A DNA stretch of 64,000 bases from a virus, in the IMG/VR virus record IMGVR_UViG_3300016466_000859, positions 1 through 64,000 of that record. The stretch is one strand, 5' to 3'. Position 1 is the stretch's first letter; each line of letters starts with the position of its first letter. Shown here in pieces: positions 6,377 through 16,105 of this stretch. The notes under the pieces were generated by a model. It was not told the DNA's origin, did not search any database, and saw only the letters and a list, made by a program, of their open reading frames with translations. The position numbers and the translations under genes were made by a program.

Positions 6377-6820
6377 TTACTCGCTGAGAGGAGCCTGGAG
6401 TTTGCCCTTGATGTGGGAGCCATGTACACGGACTTGGATGTGTCCGTTATAGTAGTCGTTGGATTCTAAGACTTGGTGTCGGAATTGTTCGCGTGCCTCG
6501 ATGTAGCTGCATTCGGCCTTTGACTTGCAGTAGAAGAGTATCTCTCTAGTGAAGTTTTCTGGGCCCAAAGCTTCCACATCTCGATTGAGTTCGTCGTTGC
6601 TGCCGTAATAAGTTTGCCAGTCGCTTTCGATTTTGCCTTTGATTTTCTTGCGTTTCTTTTTGCCGTTTTTGAGTTTTACAGTCTTGTAAGTGGTTCTTGA
6701 GAATTTTGCCAGTTTTTTACCAATGTATTTCCTGCCCGAAATCTTGTTCGTGATGAGATAAACGAAGCCTATGCAGTCGTCGGGCAAGGTTTCTATGGGT
6801 GAATTCTCGAAAAGCCACAT
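6377..6820 (-). CDS. GIY-YIG family endonuclease (short, T4 Seg/EndoII-like)
   Basis: GFVYLITNKISGRKYIGKK, DWQTYYGS, FTREIL, EAREQF...YYNG; basic insertion KNGKKKRKKIKGK. Confidence 0.8.
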   Translation of the reverse strand: MWLFENSPIETLPDDCIGFVYLITNKISGRKYIGKKLAKFSRTTYKTVKLKNGKKKRKKIKGKIESDWQTYYGSNDELNRDVEALGPENFTREILFYCKSKAECSYIEAREQFRHQVLESNDYYNGHIQVRVHGSHIKGKLQAPLSE

Positions 6821-6849
6821 GTGCAGTCATAGTTATCTTTTTATCGCTC

Positions 6850-7320
6850 TCAGAGGTTTTTTTCATAGATCCATCCGAGATTTTCTGTTTCGTGTATCCA
6901 CGTGTAGATGGGAAACTGCACAGGCAATACCCATAAACCGTTCCAACCCAGGTAGTTGCTTTGTATCGATGGTTCCAGCACAATGCCCTGTTGTTCGCAA
7001 GTTTTTTGATAATCTTTAGGATACCTGGGCCAATATCTGGCCTGATGCATAAAACTATCAAAACTCATCTCTTCGAATGCCACGCTTTCAACAACGACGG
7101 CCTTGTCGAGGTTTTTTTCTACCACAGTGTCGTGGTCGTACTTGTTGTAAAACTCTACTATTAGCCTATGCACTCCTGCAGCACCAACAACACGGAAAGT
7201 TTTGTTGTGGGAATGATCTAGTGCGCCACGAAACAAAACCTGGCTGTCCCAGCTTATTTCAATCTCGGGACAATCGTCCCAGAACACCGGCTTCAATGAG
7301 ATATCAATGACGGTATCCAT
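6850..7320 (-). CDS. Hypothetical protein
   Basis: 156-aa ORF coupled to the upstream radical SAM gene; YLGWNGLW...PIYTWIH C-terminus. Confidence 0.65.
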   Translation of the reverse strand: MDTVIDISLKPVFWDDCPEIEISWDSQVLFRGALDHSHNKTFRVVGAAGVHRLIVEFYNKYDHDTVVEKNLDKAVVVESVAFEEMSFDSFMHQARYWPRYPKDYQKTCEQQGIVLEPSIQSNYLGWNGLWVLPVQFPIYTWIHETENLGWIYEKNL

Positions 7321-8611
7321 ATATCCTTAACCAATCTGTTGCTTCGGGTATGAAATCTTTGATGCTCTTGTTGTATAACTCATCCTGCTCGCTGAGTCGG
7401 GCTGCCATTTCCCGCCGTAGCATGTCGACGTCGCCGGGCTCGGCTTTCCGAAGATGACGTATCAAAGATTCTGCTTCGTTTTTCAGAGTTATTTCCACAT
7501 TGTTGGGATTTTTGGTATTGTTAAACTTTTCTCCTTTGACCACAATTGAATCAGCAAAATCTTGCAAATGTCTGATTGTAAATTCTTTGAGATTGACGGG
7601 CAAGAGATCTGACAGCATCCATCGAGGTCTATTTGGATAACTGGCATCAATGGGTATCCTGCGATCAAGTGCGTGTTGCAACAGTGTGTGGTATCTTAAC
7701 ACACTCAAAGCAGTGGGCACGGTGCGGAAAGTCCACTGCACCCGTGGCATAGATTCTCGCATGTGATCTACATTGCGTAAAATCTGCATGATGTCGGCGC
7801 CTTGTCTAAGATAGTCGTTGGCACGATCAGCAGTCTCTATACTGACTCCGATCTCCACACGATTAAATGTTTCGAGCTGTGCGCGATATTTGCTGTAATC
7901 TATGCTGCCATTGGTGGTAAAAGATAGATTAAGCCAAGACATTTTTTTATCAGCAAACATCCTCAATAGGTCACGGAAACTTTCGATCAATTCAGGCTCG
8001 CCTCCGATAATGTGCACCACACGCACATATTGATAGTTGGTGTCAAACCAGTCAACGAATCTTTGCCAGGCCACCGGATCTTGAGTCCATGTCTCTAACC
8101 GATAATCGTTTGCGATCCATCCCATCTTTCTTTGATCTTGTGCCACGCGACTGGAGGCTTCGGGCGGACAGAATTTACAGCTGAAATTACATGTGGTTCC
8201 GATGTTGAGGTGCAGGCTAGCGATGCGAGTAACTGTTTCTCCATCGTGGCCGCGGCTGTGATCAAAATACTGCTTGTGCGGACTTTGCTCGAAACTACGA
8301 TCGAATTTTTTGTGAAAGATCACAGATTTGAGATTTTCTTTTTGTCTCGCTGAAGTATAACCGGCTGCGTCTTTCATCTGGCACATGCGGCACATGGAAT
8401 CAACCGTGTCGCCCAATTTAATCAATCGCTTTTCACGCATCCTGGTACTGTTCCAGTAGTCGTCGATGCCGATTTTTTTGATATTCCACTCGCGACCCAG
8501 TTCGGTCATTATGATCTTGTCGTTTTGGCACCCACAGAGATCATAGCTGCCATCATGATTGATGTTGAGCTCAAACCAAGGTATGTTGCAGAATATGTCT
8601 TTATTGGCCAT
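7304..8611 (-). CDS. Radical SAM protein with N-terminal Twitch-like domain
   Basis: CNFSCKFC, IIGGEPEL, FTTNGS; N-terminal FCNIPWFEL...DLCGC...CRMC. Confidence 0.9.
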   Translation of the reverse strand: MANKDIFCNIPWFELNINHDGSYDLCGCQNDKIIMTELGREWNIKKIGIDDYWNSTRMREKRLIKLGDTVDSMCRMCQMKDAAGYTSARQKENLKSVIFHKKFDRSFEQSPHKQYFDHSRGHDGETVTRIASLHLNIGTTCNFSCKFCPPEASSRVAQDQRKMGWIANDYRLETWTQDPVAWQRFVDWFDTNYQYVRVVHIIGGEPELIESFRDLLRMFADKKMSWLNLSFTTNGSIDYSKYRAQLETFNRVEIGVSIETADRANDYLRQGADIMQILRNVDHMRESMPRVQWTFRTVPTALSVLRYHTLLQHALDRRIPIDASYPNRPRWMLSDLLPVNLKEFTIRHLQDFADSIVVKGEKFNNTKNPNNVEITLKNEAESLIRHLRKAEPGDVDMLRREMAARLSEQDELYNKSIKDFIPEATDWLRIYGYRH

Positions 8612-9584
8612 GCTTACATTTAAATCGGCATATGTCAGGAGGAAACATTTCCCATCTCATTTTCAGTTCTTGCCAGCAGGCATCGGCCAGCACAGCATCG
8701 AATCCTCGCTCTCGCACGTTGATGGTGTCGTGATACTTTTTCAAGAAATCGTTTTCCATGTAGCCGGATCCAAACCAAGCACAAGGAAAGAAACGCCCAT
8801 CCACACTGACAAAAGGCATCTGTGTACCGTTGAGGCACTTGGCCCAGTGATTGGTGTCTCGGATCGCCGGTGGAAAAGTATACCCACGGTGTAATTTAAC
8901 CACAAATTTTGAGTAGCTTTTTTCTTCTTTGTAGTCGCCCGGATCCAATGGATCGAACCCATCGGGATCCAAGTATCTGGGATCGTTGCTGCCAAATTTC
9001 ATGCTTTTTACGATGTCAAATTGATCAACACCCAAGGTTCGGGCAACACCTTTTATTTCTTCGAGTTTATGCATGTTGAACCTAAAAACAATGGTGCTCC
9101 AGCGCAGGTTCACATCGCTGTGTTTTTTTAGAATTTTGATACCCGAGACAATGGAATCCCAATCGCTGTTGACGCGATATATCCTATTGCTGTCGTGATC
9201 CCATCCATCTACACTGAATGTCACCCGATCGCGTTGGTCCAAGTTACTGCCAAGACGTTGCCACCAATTGGTGTCTTTGTAGCTGCCGTTGGTGACGATG
9301 TTGATTTGAGTGGTTTTAGATGTTTGTTTGATATATTCGATGATTTCTAGAAAATCTCTAGCATAGATAGGATCGCCGATATCACCGCAGAAACTCAAGT
9401 ATTTGATCTGCGACAAGATTTCTTGAGTGAACAGGTGCTGGAATTCGTTGAGACTGTAGTCTCGATTGATGTATGGATGATTCTCTGGCATTTCGGTGCG
9501 AGGACATCTAGGACATTTGAGCACACATTTAGAACTCAGCTCCACATGCAAATGCGTAAGGTCAAACACCAATGACCTCGACAT
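8601..9584 (-). CDS. Radical SAM protein with C-terminal Twitch/SPASM-like domain
   Basis: CVLKCPRC, FCGDIGDPIY, IVTNGS, FSVDG; C-terminal KCLNG...DGRFFPCAW...CRFKC. Start at 9584 or TTG 9572. Confidence 0.88.
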   Translation of the reverse strand: MSRSLVFDLTHLHVELSSKCVLKCPRCPRTEMPENHPYINRDYSLNEFQHLFTQEILSQIKYLSFCGDIGDPIYARDFLEIIEYIKQTSKTTQINIVTNGSYKDTNWWQRLGSNLDQRDRVTFSVDGWDHDSNRIYRVNSDWDSIVSGIKILKKHSDVNLRWSTIVFRFNMHKLEEIKGVARTLGVDQFDIVKSMKFGSNDPRYLDPDGFDPLDPGDYKEEKSYSKFVVKLHRGYTFPPAIRDTNHWAKCLNGTQMPFVSVDGRFFPCAWFGSGYMENDFLKKYHDTINVRERGFDAVLADACWQELKMRWEMFPPDICRFKCKHGQ

Positions 9585-11337
9585 CAGTGTTGTAGGTAGT
9601 GAAACCGTTTTCTTTGACCACATGCATGATGTTGTTGACACGTCCAGCCAATTCGTCTTTGTGAGACACTAACCATATGCTGCGATTCATGTCGCGGCTC
9701 ATTTTCTTGAGTATGGCCAAGGCGTTTTCCACGCCCGATGCATCCATGCCCGAGTCTACTAGCTCGTCAATGAATAGGAGATTAATAGGCTGGTAGAGCC
9801 CTTCCCAGACATCGCGGAATGCCCAGCTCAAGGAAAGTATCAATCTATTTCTTTCGCCGCGGCTGAGATTGTCAAAGTCCAGATCTCGGCCTAGCTCGGT
9901 GATTTCCACGGTGAGATCGTTTTGGAATTTCACTGTGTGCGGCAACCCAATACGGTCTAGATAGTAGCCAAGTCGCTGATTTAGATAAGCAAGATTCTGA
10001 TCGATGATGCGTTTGCGAACAAACGAATCTTTATTGGTCAACAGTTTTAACAGAAACTCCTGGTGGTCTTTGACACGTGATAGTTCATTGATGACATCAT
10101 AGCTGATCTCGCCCTTGGCAGCTTCGCTCATTTCTTCGATTTGTTCTCCGTAGGGATCTTGCTCGTTGCTTCGCGTGGCAAGATTGTTTTTGAGAGTATC
10201 CAGGGTATTGCGATGATTGAGTGCATCTTCTAGAGTATCGTAGAACACCTGCGGCGGATGACGCAAATCACCTAACTCTAATAATGCGGCCTTGATGGTT
10301 TTGATTTCATCGGTGATGGTCAGTGATTGCTGTTGTGATTCTGTCAGCGACGATTGCTTTTCTTTTAATATTTCATCTTGCTTGGCGTCGTGCAAATCCT
10401 GCCCACAGGCATAGCAACGATGTTCTCTGAGAGACGCGATTTCTTTTTCCAGTTTTGCTGCCAACTTGTTGAGACGATCTAAATCAGATTCGCCTTGCCG
10501 CTGGGCCTTGGCTAGATCTCCGCGGACTTTTTGTTCTTCGTTGAAAGCCGCGAGATCTCTGTGTGACTGAATTTCAGCATCAATGTCGATCTTTTCCAAT
10601 TCTGAAATTCCAGTCTGCATCTTGTCGCAGTCTTCATCGCGTTTGGCAACCCATAAACGCTGTCGTTTGCGCAAGCTCTCAATCTGCTCTTCGATCTTGG
10701 CGTTGGCTTCTTGTACCGCTCTGATGCGCATCTCTTCTTGTGCAATGGCATCTTTGGTGATCTTGATCTGCTCTTTGAGACTGTCGGCCTTTTCAGACAG
10801 CAAGGTAATGCCCAAGAGTTGCTCGATGATATTTCTTTGATCATTGGCTCTAAGCGCCAAGAACGGCTCGGTATAGGTGTTGAGAGCGACCACATGTTTG
10901 AACATTTCGTGCTCCATGCCCAGCATTCTTTCGATGTGGGCTTGGGTTTCTCGGCTGTCTCCCTGTGCGTCGTCGGTGATTTCCTGTTCGTTGCCGGCCA
11001 CCCAAAATTTCATGACGTTGGGTTTGCGCCCTCGTTCGATGCGATACTCAATTCCGTCCTTTTCAAACTCGATGGTGACTAACAGATTTTTACCATTGGT
11101 TTTGTTGATGAGATTGTCTTTTTTAATGTTGGTCAAGGCATTGCCGTAGAGAGCATAGCTCAAGGCATTGATGATGGTGGTTTTGCCTGTGCCGTTTCTC
11201 GCACCCGAATCGTCGCCACCTAGGTCTAAATTTTCGCCCAGAACCAACGTGAGATCTCTGCGATCAAAGTTTACTGCCTGCGTGGCATTGCCCACGCTCA
11301 TGAAGTTTTTTACAGACAGAGTTTTAATTTTGAACAT
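9562..11337 (-). CDS. gp46: Recombination endonuclease ATPase subunit (Rad50/SbcC-like, T4 gp46)
   Basis: KNFMSVGN, Walker A ARNGTGKT, coiled coil with CYAC zinc hook, LSRGE signature, FIDELVD, SH. Confidence 0.95.
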   Translation of the reverse strand: MFKIKTLSVKNFMSVGNATQAVNFDRRDLTLVLGENLDLGGDDSGARNGTGKTTIINALSYALYGNALTNIKKDNLINKTNGKNLLVTIEFEKDGIEYRIERGRKPNVMKFWVAGNEQEITDDAQGDSRETQAHIERMLGMEHEMFKHVVALNTYTEPFLALRANDQRNIIEQLLGITLLSEKADSLKEQIKITKDAIAQEEMRIRAVQEANAKIEEQIESLRKRQRLWVAKRDEDCDKMQTGISELEKIDIDAEIQSHRDLAAFNEEQKVRGDLAKAQRQGESDLDRLNKLAAKLEKEIASLREHRCYACGQDLHDAKQDEILKEKQSSLTESQQQSLTITDEIKTIKAALLELGDLRHPPQVFYDTLEDALNHRNTLDTLKNNLATRSNEQDPYGEQIEEMSEAAKGEISYDVINELSRVKDHQEFLLKLLTNKDSFVRKRIIDQNLAYLNQRLGYYLDRIGLPHTVKFQNDLTVEITELGRDLDFDNLSRGERNRLILSLSWAFRDVWEGLYQPINLLFIDELVDSGMDASGVENALAILKKMSRDMNRSIWLVSHKDELAGRVNNIMHVVKENGFTTYNTDVEVIGV

Positions 11338-11350
11338 GATCTATGATATT

Positions 11351-12949
11351 TTACACTAATCCCAGGGCTTGTGCGACCTCAGGATGCGCTGCGGAGAAAT
11401 CTTCTCCCCGCAGGTCATCTAGCTTTTTGATGTAATTGACAAACAAAGGATTGTCTGGTTGAGTGGCCGAATCCAATAAACCAATCACGGTGTCAATGAA
11501 TGGTTGTACCGCGGCATCGAACGTATGGTTGAGCAGTTTCTTTGCAGCGAGATCTGCGGCAGCCTTGGGAATTCTCAACAACGAAAGATGATCGGGATTA
11601 TAAAGCACACTGAAATGCAAATCTTCAAACTCGATTTCTTTGATCCAATCGCAGAGTTCGGGCAAATAATACACGTTCATGATGCTGATCACACATTGTA
11701 GATTTAAAATGGTATTTTCGTGTTTGTGAGCTTTGATATATTTCACGTTCTTTTCAATGACGTTCCAATCTGCTTTGTCACCGGGCCTTTGTATATTGAA
11801 TCGTTGTCCGATGTCGTCGATGCTGATGGCCAAATCTATCTTTTTAAAATGTTTCCATAGTTCCAATAGTCTGTCATTGATAATAGATCCATTGGTATTG
11901 TAGTGTATAGAGATATCCCCGGCAACACCGCGTTCTACCAAGGACTCAAGAGCACGAAGGTGATTTTTATCCAGTAAGGGTTCCCCACCAGCAAAATCAA
12001 AGTATTTCATCTGCGAATTTTCACCAACATTGGTCCATAACTGTTGACTATCATGAACCCATTTGCCTTTTTCTAATGCATCCCATGTTGAACTGCTTTT
12101 TCTCTGCGACATCGGAATCTGTTGCAAGATCTCTCCGGCAATTTTGCTGCTGCTTTTTGCCGAACAAATACGGCATTTGAAATTGCAGACATTGCCAAAA
12201 GACACAGACAGCATCTTGAGATTTTTTACATCGTCCTCTTCCCAGTTAATGGCCCGGCTGTCGTCACCGAACCGCAAAGCATACAATTGGCGTTTGCTGA
12301 CAGTGCCGCTTTCTTCTTCTTTCCAGCATCTCGAACAAGATTGTAATTTAGTTCCTTGACGGAAATGCTGTCGCAGAGTCTTCATGTATCGACTGTTATA
12401 GACATCTTCTAAGGAATCAACAGCGGGATCAAACAATGTGCCGTCTTCACGTGTCACTGCACCTTGATAAAAACAACACGGAGCAAATGTGCCCACTGGG
12501 CTGATATCTAGAGAATTCCACGGCAACGGACAAACTGTATCGGGCATACCAAATGCAGCCTTACTCTGTGTGATTTCCACAGGCTTCCAGTGGTCACCGT
12601 CGGAGTCGCTGTCAACGATGACAGTGGGTTCCGAATCATGTTTTACTTTGTTGTATGACTGTGCAACGATATCAACTTCTCGTGTACTTGGTACCACCAG
12701 CACCACAAAAAAATTTGGAATGTCAATGACTTTCAGCTGTCGATAAAAATCAAGAAAAAAATCTTCCAAGAGCTTTTCGTTGATCTGATCTCTGAGATAA
12801 AATACCAATCTTTCGTGATCTTGGTATTCTTCGCGTTTCAATGAACGTAGATTTAAATAAAAATCTCCCCAAGACATGTCAAAATATTCTGCAATGTCCC
12901 GACAGGAAATAACCGAATACTTTTCGTGTAATGTGTCCAATGCTGTCAT
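11351..12949 (-). CDS. Radical SAM protein with Twitch-like domain and extra N-terminal domain
   Basis: VCPLPW...APCC...CSRCW, CNFKCRIC, FAGGEPLL, YNTNGS; about 130 additional N-terminal aa. Confidence 0.9.
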   Translation of the reverse strand: MTALDTLHEKYSVISCRDIAEYFDMSWGDFYLNLRSLKREEYQDHERLVFYLRDQINEKLLEDFFLDFYRQLKVIDIPNFFVVLVVPSTREVDIVAQSYNKVKHDSEPTVIVDSDSDGDHWKPVEITQSKAAFGMPDTVCPLPWNSLDISPVGTFAPCCFYQGAVTREDGTLFDPAVDSLEDVYNSRYMKTLRQHFRQGTKLQSCSRCWKEEESGTVSKRQLYALRFGDDSRAINWEEDDVKNLKMLSVSFGNVCNFKCRICSAKSSSKIAGEILQQIPMSQRKSSSTWDALEKGKWVHDSQQLWTNVGENSQMKYFDFAGGEPLLDKNHLRALESLVERGVAGDISIHYNTNGSIINDRLLELWKHFKKIDLAISIDDIGQRFNIQRPGDKADWNVIEKNVKYIKAHKHENTILNLQCVISIMNVYYLPELCDWIKEIEFEDLHFSVLYNPDHLSLLRIPKAAADLAAKKLLNHTFDAAVQPFIDTVIGLLDSATQPDNPLFVNYIKKLDDLRGEDFSAAHPEVAQALGLV

Positions 12950-13962
12950 AGATTATGATAGATATTCAACAACAAAGCACGATCATACTGTTCCGATTCA
13001 ATATTGGTGATCTGATCTGCAACGATTTGATCCACGCTTTCAAAGGCGATCTGGGTAGTGGTTCCGCCTTCACTGACATCGGTGTTTTTATTTGGTATCA
13101 ATGTAAATTCTCTGAGACCGTATTGGGGCATAAACGTTTCTTTGAGGAATGTGGCTTCCTCGTAACTGATGTCAACATCGATGTTGACTCGGGCATGCAG
13201 TCCTTTAAACAACAAGGCGTCGGTATTTTTAAGTATGTTGGACAGTTGATAGACTCGGTATCTGGGCTGGTCCGGCCACGCATGAAACGTGGGCTCTTGC
13301 CCCCATTCTAAAATCATCATGCCTCTTTCGTCGTCGCCGGCGTCGGCGTAGTTGTGCGGGAAGCAGTTGCCGATGTAAGTGATATTTTTATTACTTTGTC
13401 GTTTATGGAAATGGCCGGTAAACATGTGATCAAATCCCCGGAAAGCATCGGCATTGATTTCGCCATGATCGGGCATCTGCACCATGGCATTCATGAAGTA
13501 GCCCGGCAGCTCAAAATGCCCAAACATATATTTGCCTTTCATTTTGGGCACACGTTTATGATCATCGCCTACTAGCCACGGCGCGATAACTACATCACCT
13601 TCAGAAAACCAGTCGTTGCAGATGTGTACATTAGGCAAGTGGCGTGCCCATTCCACACTCTGTATGTCTCTACGATCTCGATAGTAGAGATCGTGATTGC
13701 CGGGGATAAAGAATACCTGGCTGAAATTCTCATTGAGATGTTCCAGTGCTCGTAGACTGTAAGTCAAGGTCACGATGTTGATCGACGCACGATTGTTGTG
13801 CCAGTCGCCCAAGAACATGGCTGTTTCACAACCTTCTTCTCGTGCTTTGGCCGTGGCCCATTTTACAAATGCCAAACAATCGTCGTTGTGGAGTTGACTG
13901 TTAGACTTTAATCCAAAATGGATGTCGGTGAACACCGCAGCCTTGCGGAACAAGTTTGCCAT
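12946..13962 (-). CDS. gp47: Recombination endonuclease subunit (Mre11/SbcD-like, T4 gp47)
   Basis: FTDIHFG, LGDWHNNR, PGNHDLYY, GHFEL, GHFHKR phosphoesterase motifs. Confidence 0.93.
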   Translation of the reverse strand: MANLFRKAAVFTDIHFGLKSNSQLHNDDCLAFVKWATAKAREEGCETAMFLGDWHNNRASINIVTLTYSLRALEHLNENFSQVFFIPGNHDLYYRDRRDIQSVEWARHLPNVHICNDWFSEGDVVIAPWLVGDDHKRVPKMKGKYMFGHFELPGYFMNAMVQMPDHGEINADAFRGFDHMFTGHFHKRQSNKNITYIGNCFPHNYADAGDDERGMMILEWGQEPTFHAWPDQPRYRVYQLSNILKNTDALLFKGLHARVNIDVDISYEEATFLKETFMPQYGLREFTLIPNKNTDVSEGGTTTQIAFESVDQIVADQITNIESEQYDRALLLNIYHNL

Positions 13963-13968
13963 TGTTGA

Positions 13969-14859
13969 TTATTCCTCGTAGGAAGTAGATCCGCCGCCAC
14001 CGCCCCACGAACCTTGAGCTTGACGGGTGAAGCTGGGAGTGAGTCCGTTCATTTCTAGAATGTCGTCGCGCAGATTTTGATTGCGTTTTTCGATATTGAG
14101 CACACGAGTAAAACTGTTGGTGATGGCCGCTGTGTAGTAAGCGAAAGGGTTCTGGGATTTAGATTCGTCAAACTGCAAACCAATTTGGCTGAGCTGCAAC
14201 AAGGCCTGGCTGCGCATTTCGTCGTTGTAGGTATAACCACGCCAGTTCGAACGCATGGCGTATCTTTCACACAGCTTCAGGAACATGTGAGCTAATTTTG
14301 GAGTCATGGCGCCGTGATCGCGGGAAAAACAACCGGTGTCAAGGTCGCCCTGCCAGTGGCTTTTGCCCACACAGTAAGGCTCTCCTTCGTTGTTGAGCTT
14401 GAAATGTTGAAACGGAGGAAAGTTCACTTTCATGTATTTGGTGGGCTTATCGTTGTCGATCTCCAGATCATCATATTCGCTGTGCGGCTCTTCGTCTTCA
14501 AACAGCAGCGGCACCTTGGCATTCTTGGGTTTCTTTTTGCTGGTGTCTATGGGAATGTGATCCCATGTCATCACCCGGAACACCACATCAGTGTCGGCAA
14601 CATCTCGTAGCTTTACTTCGAACTCGTCGAGTTTGCGCTTGACACCATCTTCGGCCATGGCCTTTTCGTGGGCCAATTTGGCCAATCGATCGGCGCGGTT
14701 CCTCCGCGCTTCGAGCGTGTTCTTTTTGTTGATTTTCTTGATATCAGGCAAGATCATGTCGTAGTCAGCATCTTCTTTGGCAAGATAGCTGCAATAGGTG
14801 TTCTTGCTTTTGTGTATCTCTTTGAGTATGTCTTTGTTGTTGAGATAGTTGTGTTTCAT
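13969..14859 (-). CDS. gp55: Late-transcription sigma factor, T4 gp55-like
   Basis: MKHNYLNNKDIL N-terminus; NWRGYTYNDEMRSQAL, FDESKSQNPFAYYT...NSFTRVLNIEK; ATG at 14859 with AGGA SD. Confidence 0.88.
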   Translation of the reverse strand: MKHNYLNNKDILKEIHKSKNTYCSYLAKEDADYDMILPDIKKINKKNTLEARRNRADRLAKLAHEKAMAEDGVKRKLDEFEVKLRDVADTDVVFRVMTWDHIPIDTSKKKPKNAKVPLLFEDEEPHSEYDDLEIDNDKPTKYMKVNFPPFQHFKLNNEGEPYCVGKSHWQGDLDTGCFSRDHGAMTPKLAHMFLKLCERYAMRSNWRGYTYNDEMRSQALLQLSQIGLQFDESKSQNPFAYYTAAITNSFTRVLNIEKRNQNLRDDILEMNGLTPSFTRQAQGSWGGGGGSTSYEE

Positions 14860-14884
14860 GGGTTTCCTATAATAAGACCAGTTT

Positions 14885-14913
14885 ATATTAAGCGATAAAT
14901 ATTCAAAAAGCAA
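14885..14913 (-). promoter_or_regulatory. Sigma70-type promoter for the gp55-gp47-gp46 operon
   Basis: -35 TTGCTT (14913-14908), 17-bp spacer, -10 TAATAT (14890-14885). Confidence 0.6.
14896..14901 (+). promoter_or_regulatory. Late-promoter core TAAATA for the baseplate operon
   Basis: GATAAATA 29 nt upstream of ATG 14931; SD GAGG. Confidence 0.65.
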
Positions 14914-14930
14914 GAGGAAATGTAACCATT

Positions 14931-15803
14931 ATGGGAATACTCGATTCGGTCTCTGGATTTTTCAAAGGGGGAACAGCCAGCACGCCCACCTTTGGTACCG
15001 AAGATTTTATACCAGGAGTCACGGATGCTCCTGCCAAGCCCAAACTGCCGGGCATTGTTGATTCGGCTTTAAATCTATTTGATCCTAGCAACGCTCGTCG
15101 CAGTATTTCTGGTTTGCTCAAGGGCGGACTTTCTTCTCGAGGACCTGCTTCGACCACTATCGGATTCAACAGTTATGGCTCTGCTGGAGCATCAGACTGG
15201 AGAGTTCGTGTCAGCATCGCCGACCAAAGTGATTATTTTTATAACAGTTCCGATAACGGCATCATGGCTCCGTTGTTTACTGGGACAGGCCAGAGTGGTG
15301 TAATATTTCCTTACACTCCGTCAATCCAAGTGCAACACACCGCCAGATATGGCACATCCAAACTCACACATAGTAATTATGACGCTTATTTCTATGAAGG
15401 TTCAGAAATACAGGCCATCACTATATCGGGCGACTTCACTGTGCAGAATGACGTTGAAGCCAAGTACCTCATGGCCGCTGTTTACTTTTTCAGAGCCTGC
15501 ACCAAGATGTGGTTTGGTCAAGGAGAGCGAGCTGGTAACCCACCGCCGTTGGTGTTTCTAGACGGCTATGGTGATCATTATTTTCCGCATGTGAGTTGTG
15601 TGATAACAAATTTCTCCCACACTCTGCCCAACGATGTTGACTACATTGAAACCATGATTGATGGTGGATCAACTCGTGTGCCCACATCCAGTACCATAGC
15701 TGTGACATTACAACCGGTTGTCAGCAGAAACAAAGCTACACAGTTTAATCTTGACGAATTTGCTCGTGGAAGATTGCTGAGTGGACGAGGAGGCTTCCTA
15801 TAA
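14931..15803 (+). CDS. Baseplate/tail-tube initiator, gp48/gp54-like
   Basis: GVIFPYTPSIQ, ITISGDFTVQN, NPPPLVFLDGYG...CVITNFSHTLP tube-fold pattern; first gene of the baseplate block. Confidence 0.65.
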   Translation: MGILDSVSGFFKGGTASTPTFGTEDFIPGVTDAPAKPKLPGIVDSALNLFDPSNARRSISGLLKGGLSSRGPASTTIGFNSYGSAGASDWRVRVSIADQSDYFYNSSDNGIMAPLFTGTGQSGVIFPYTPSIQVQHTARYGTSKLTHSNYDAYFYEGSEIQAITISGDFTVQNDVEAKYLMAAVYFFRACTKMWFGQGERAGNPPPLVFLDGYGDHYFPHVSCVITNFSHTLPNDVDYIETMIDGGSTRVPTSSTIAVTLQPVVSRNKATQFNLDEFARGRLLSGRGGFL

Positions 15804-16102
15804 TGGCTTCCTACAACAAAAGCAGTCCCTATTACGAAACAAAAAACTACGGAAATTTCCTAGACATAATGCAGACGCGAAATTTCCGTAAATTGGCGTC
15901 TGACGTGAGGTATCAGATAGATCGTATCTATCAGTATCGCCCCGATTTGCTGGCCTATGATCTCTATGGTGATGCTTCGCTGTGGTGGGTGTTTGCTGTT
16001 CGCAATCCCAATACCATAAAAGATCCAGTGTTTGATTTCCGACCCGGGGTTGCTATATACATTCCCAAAAAAGAAACACTGATCGCCGATCTGGGGCTGT
16101 AA
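15803..16102 (+). CDS. gp53: Baseplate wedge LysM-like protein, gp53-like
   Basis: YQYRPDLLAYDLYGDASLWWVF...N...DPVFDF...IYIP. Confidence 0.8.
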   Translation: MASYNKSSPYYETKNYGNFLDIMQTRNFRKLASDVRYQIDRIYQYRPDLLAYDLYGDASLWWVFAVRNPNTIKDPVFDFRPGVAIYIPKKETLIADLGL

Positions 16103-16105
16103 TCA

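Noticed and set aside
14905-14914. T4 MotA box (TTGCTT) upstream of gp55
   Set aside because: It sits at -35 with a 17-bp spacer, not at the -30 MotA position, so a sigma70 promoter is the simpler reading.
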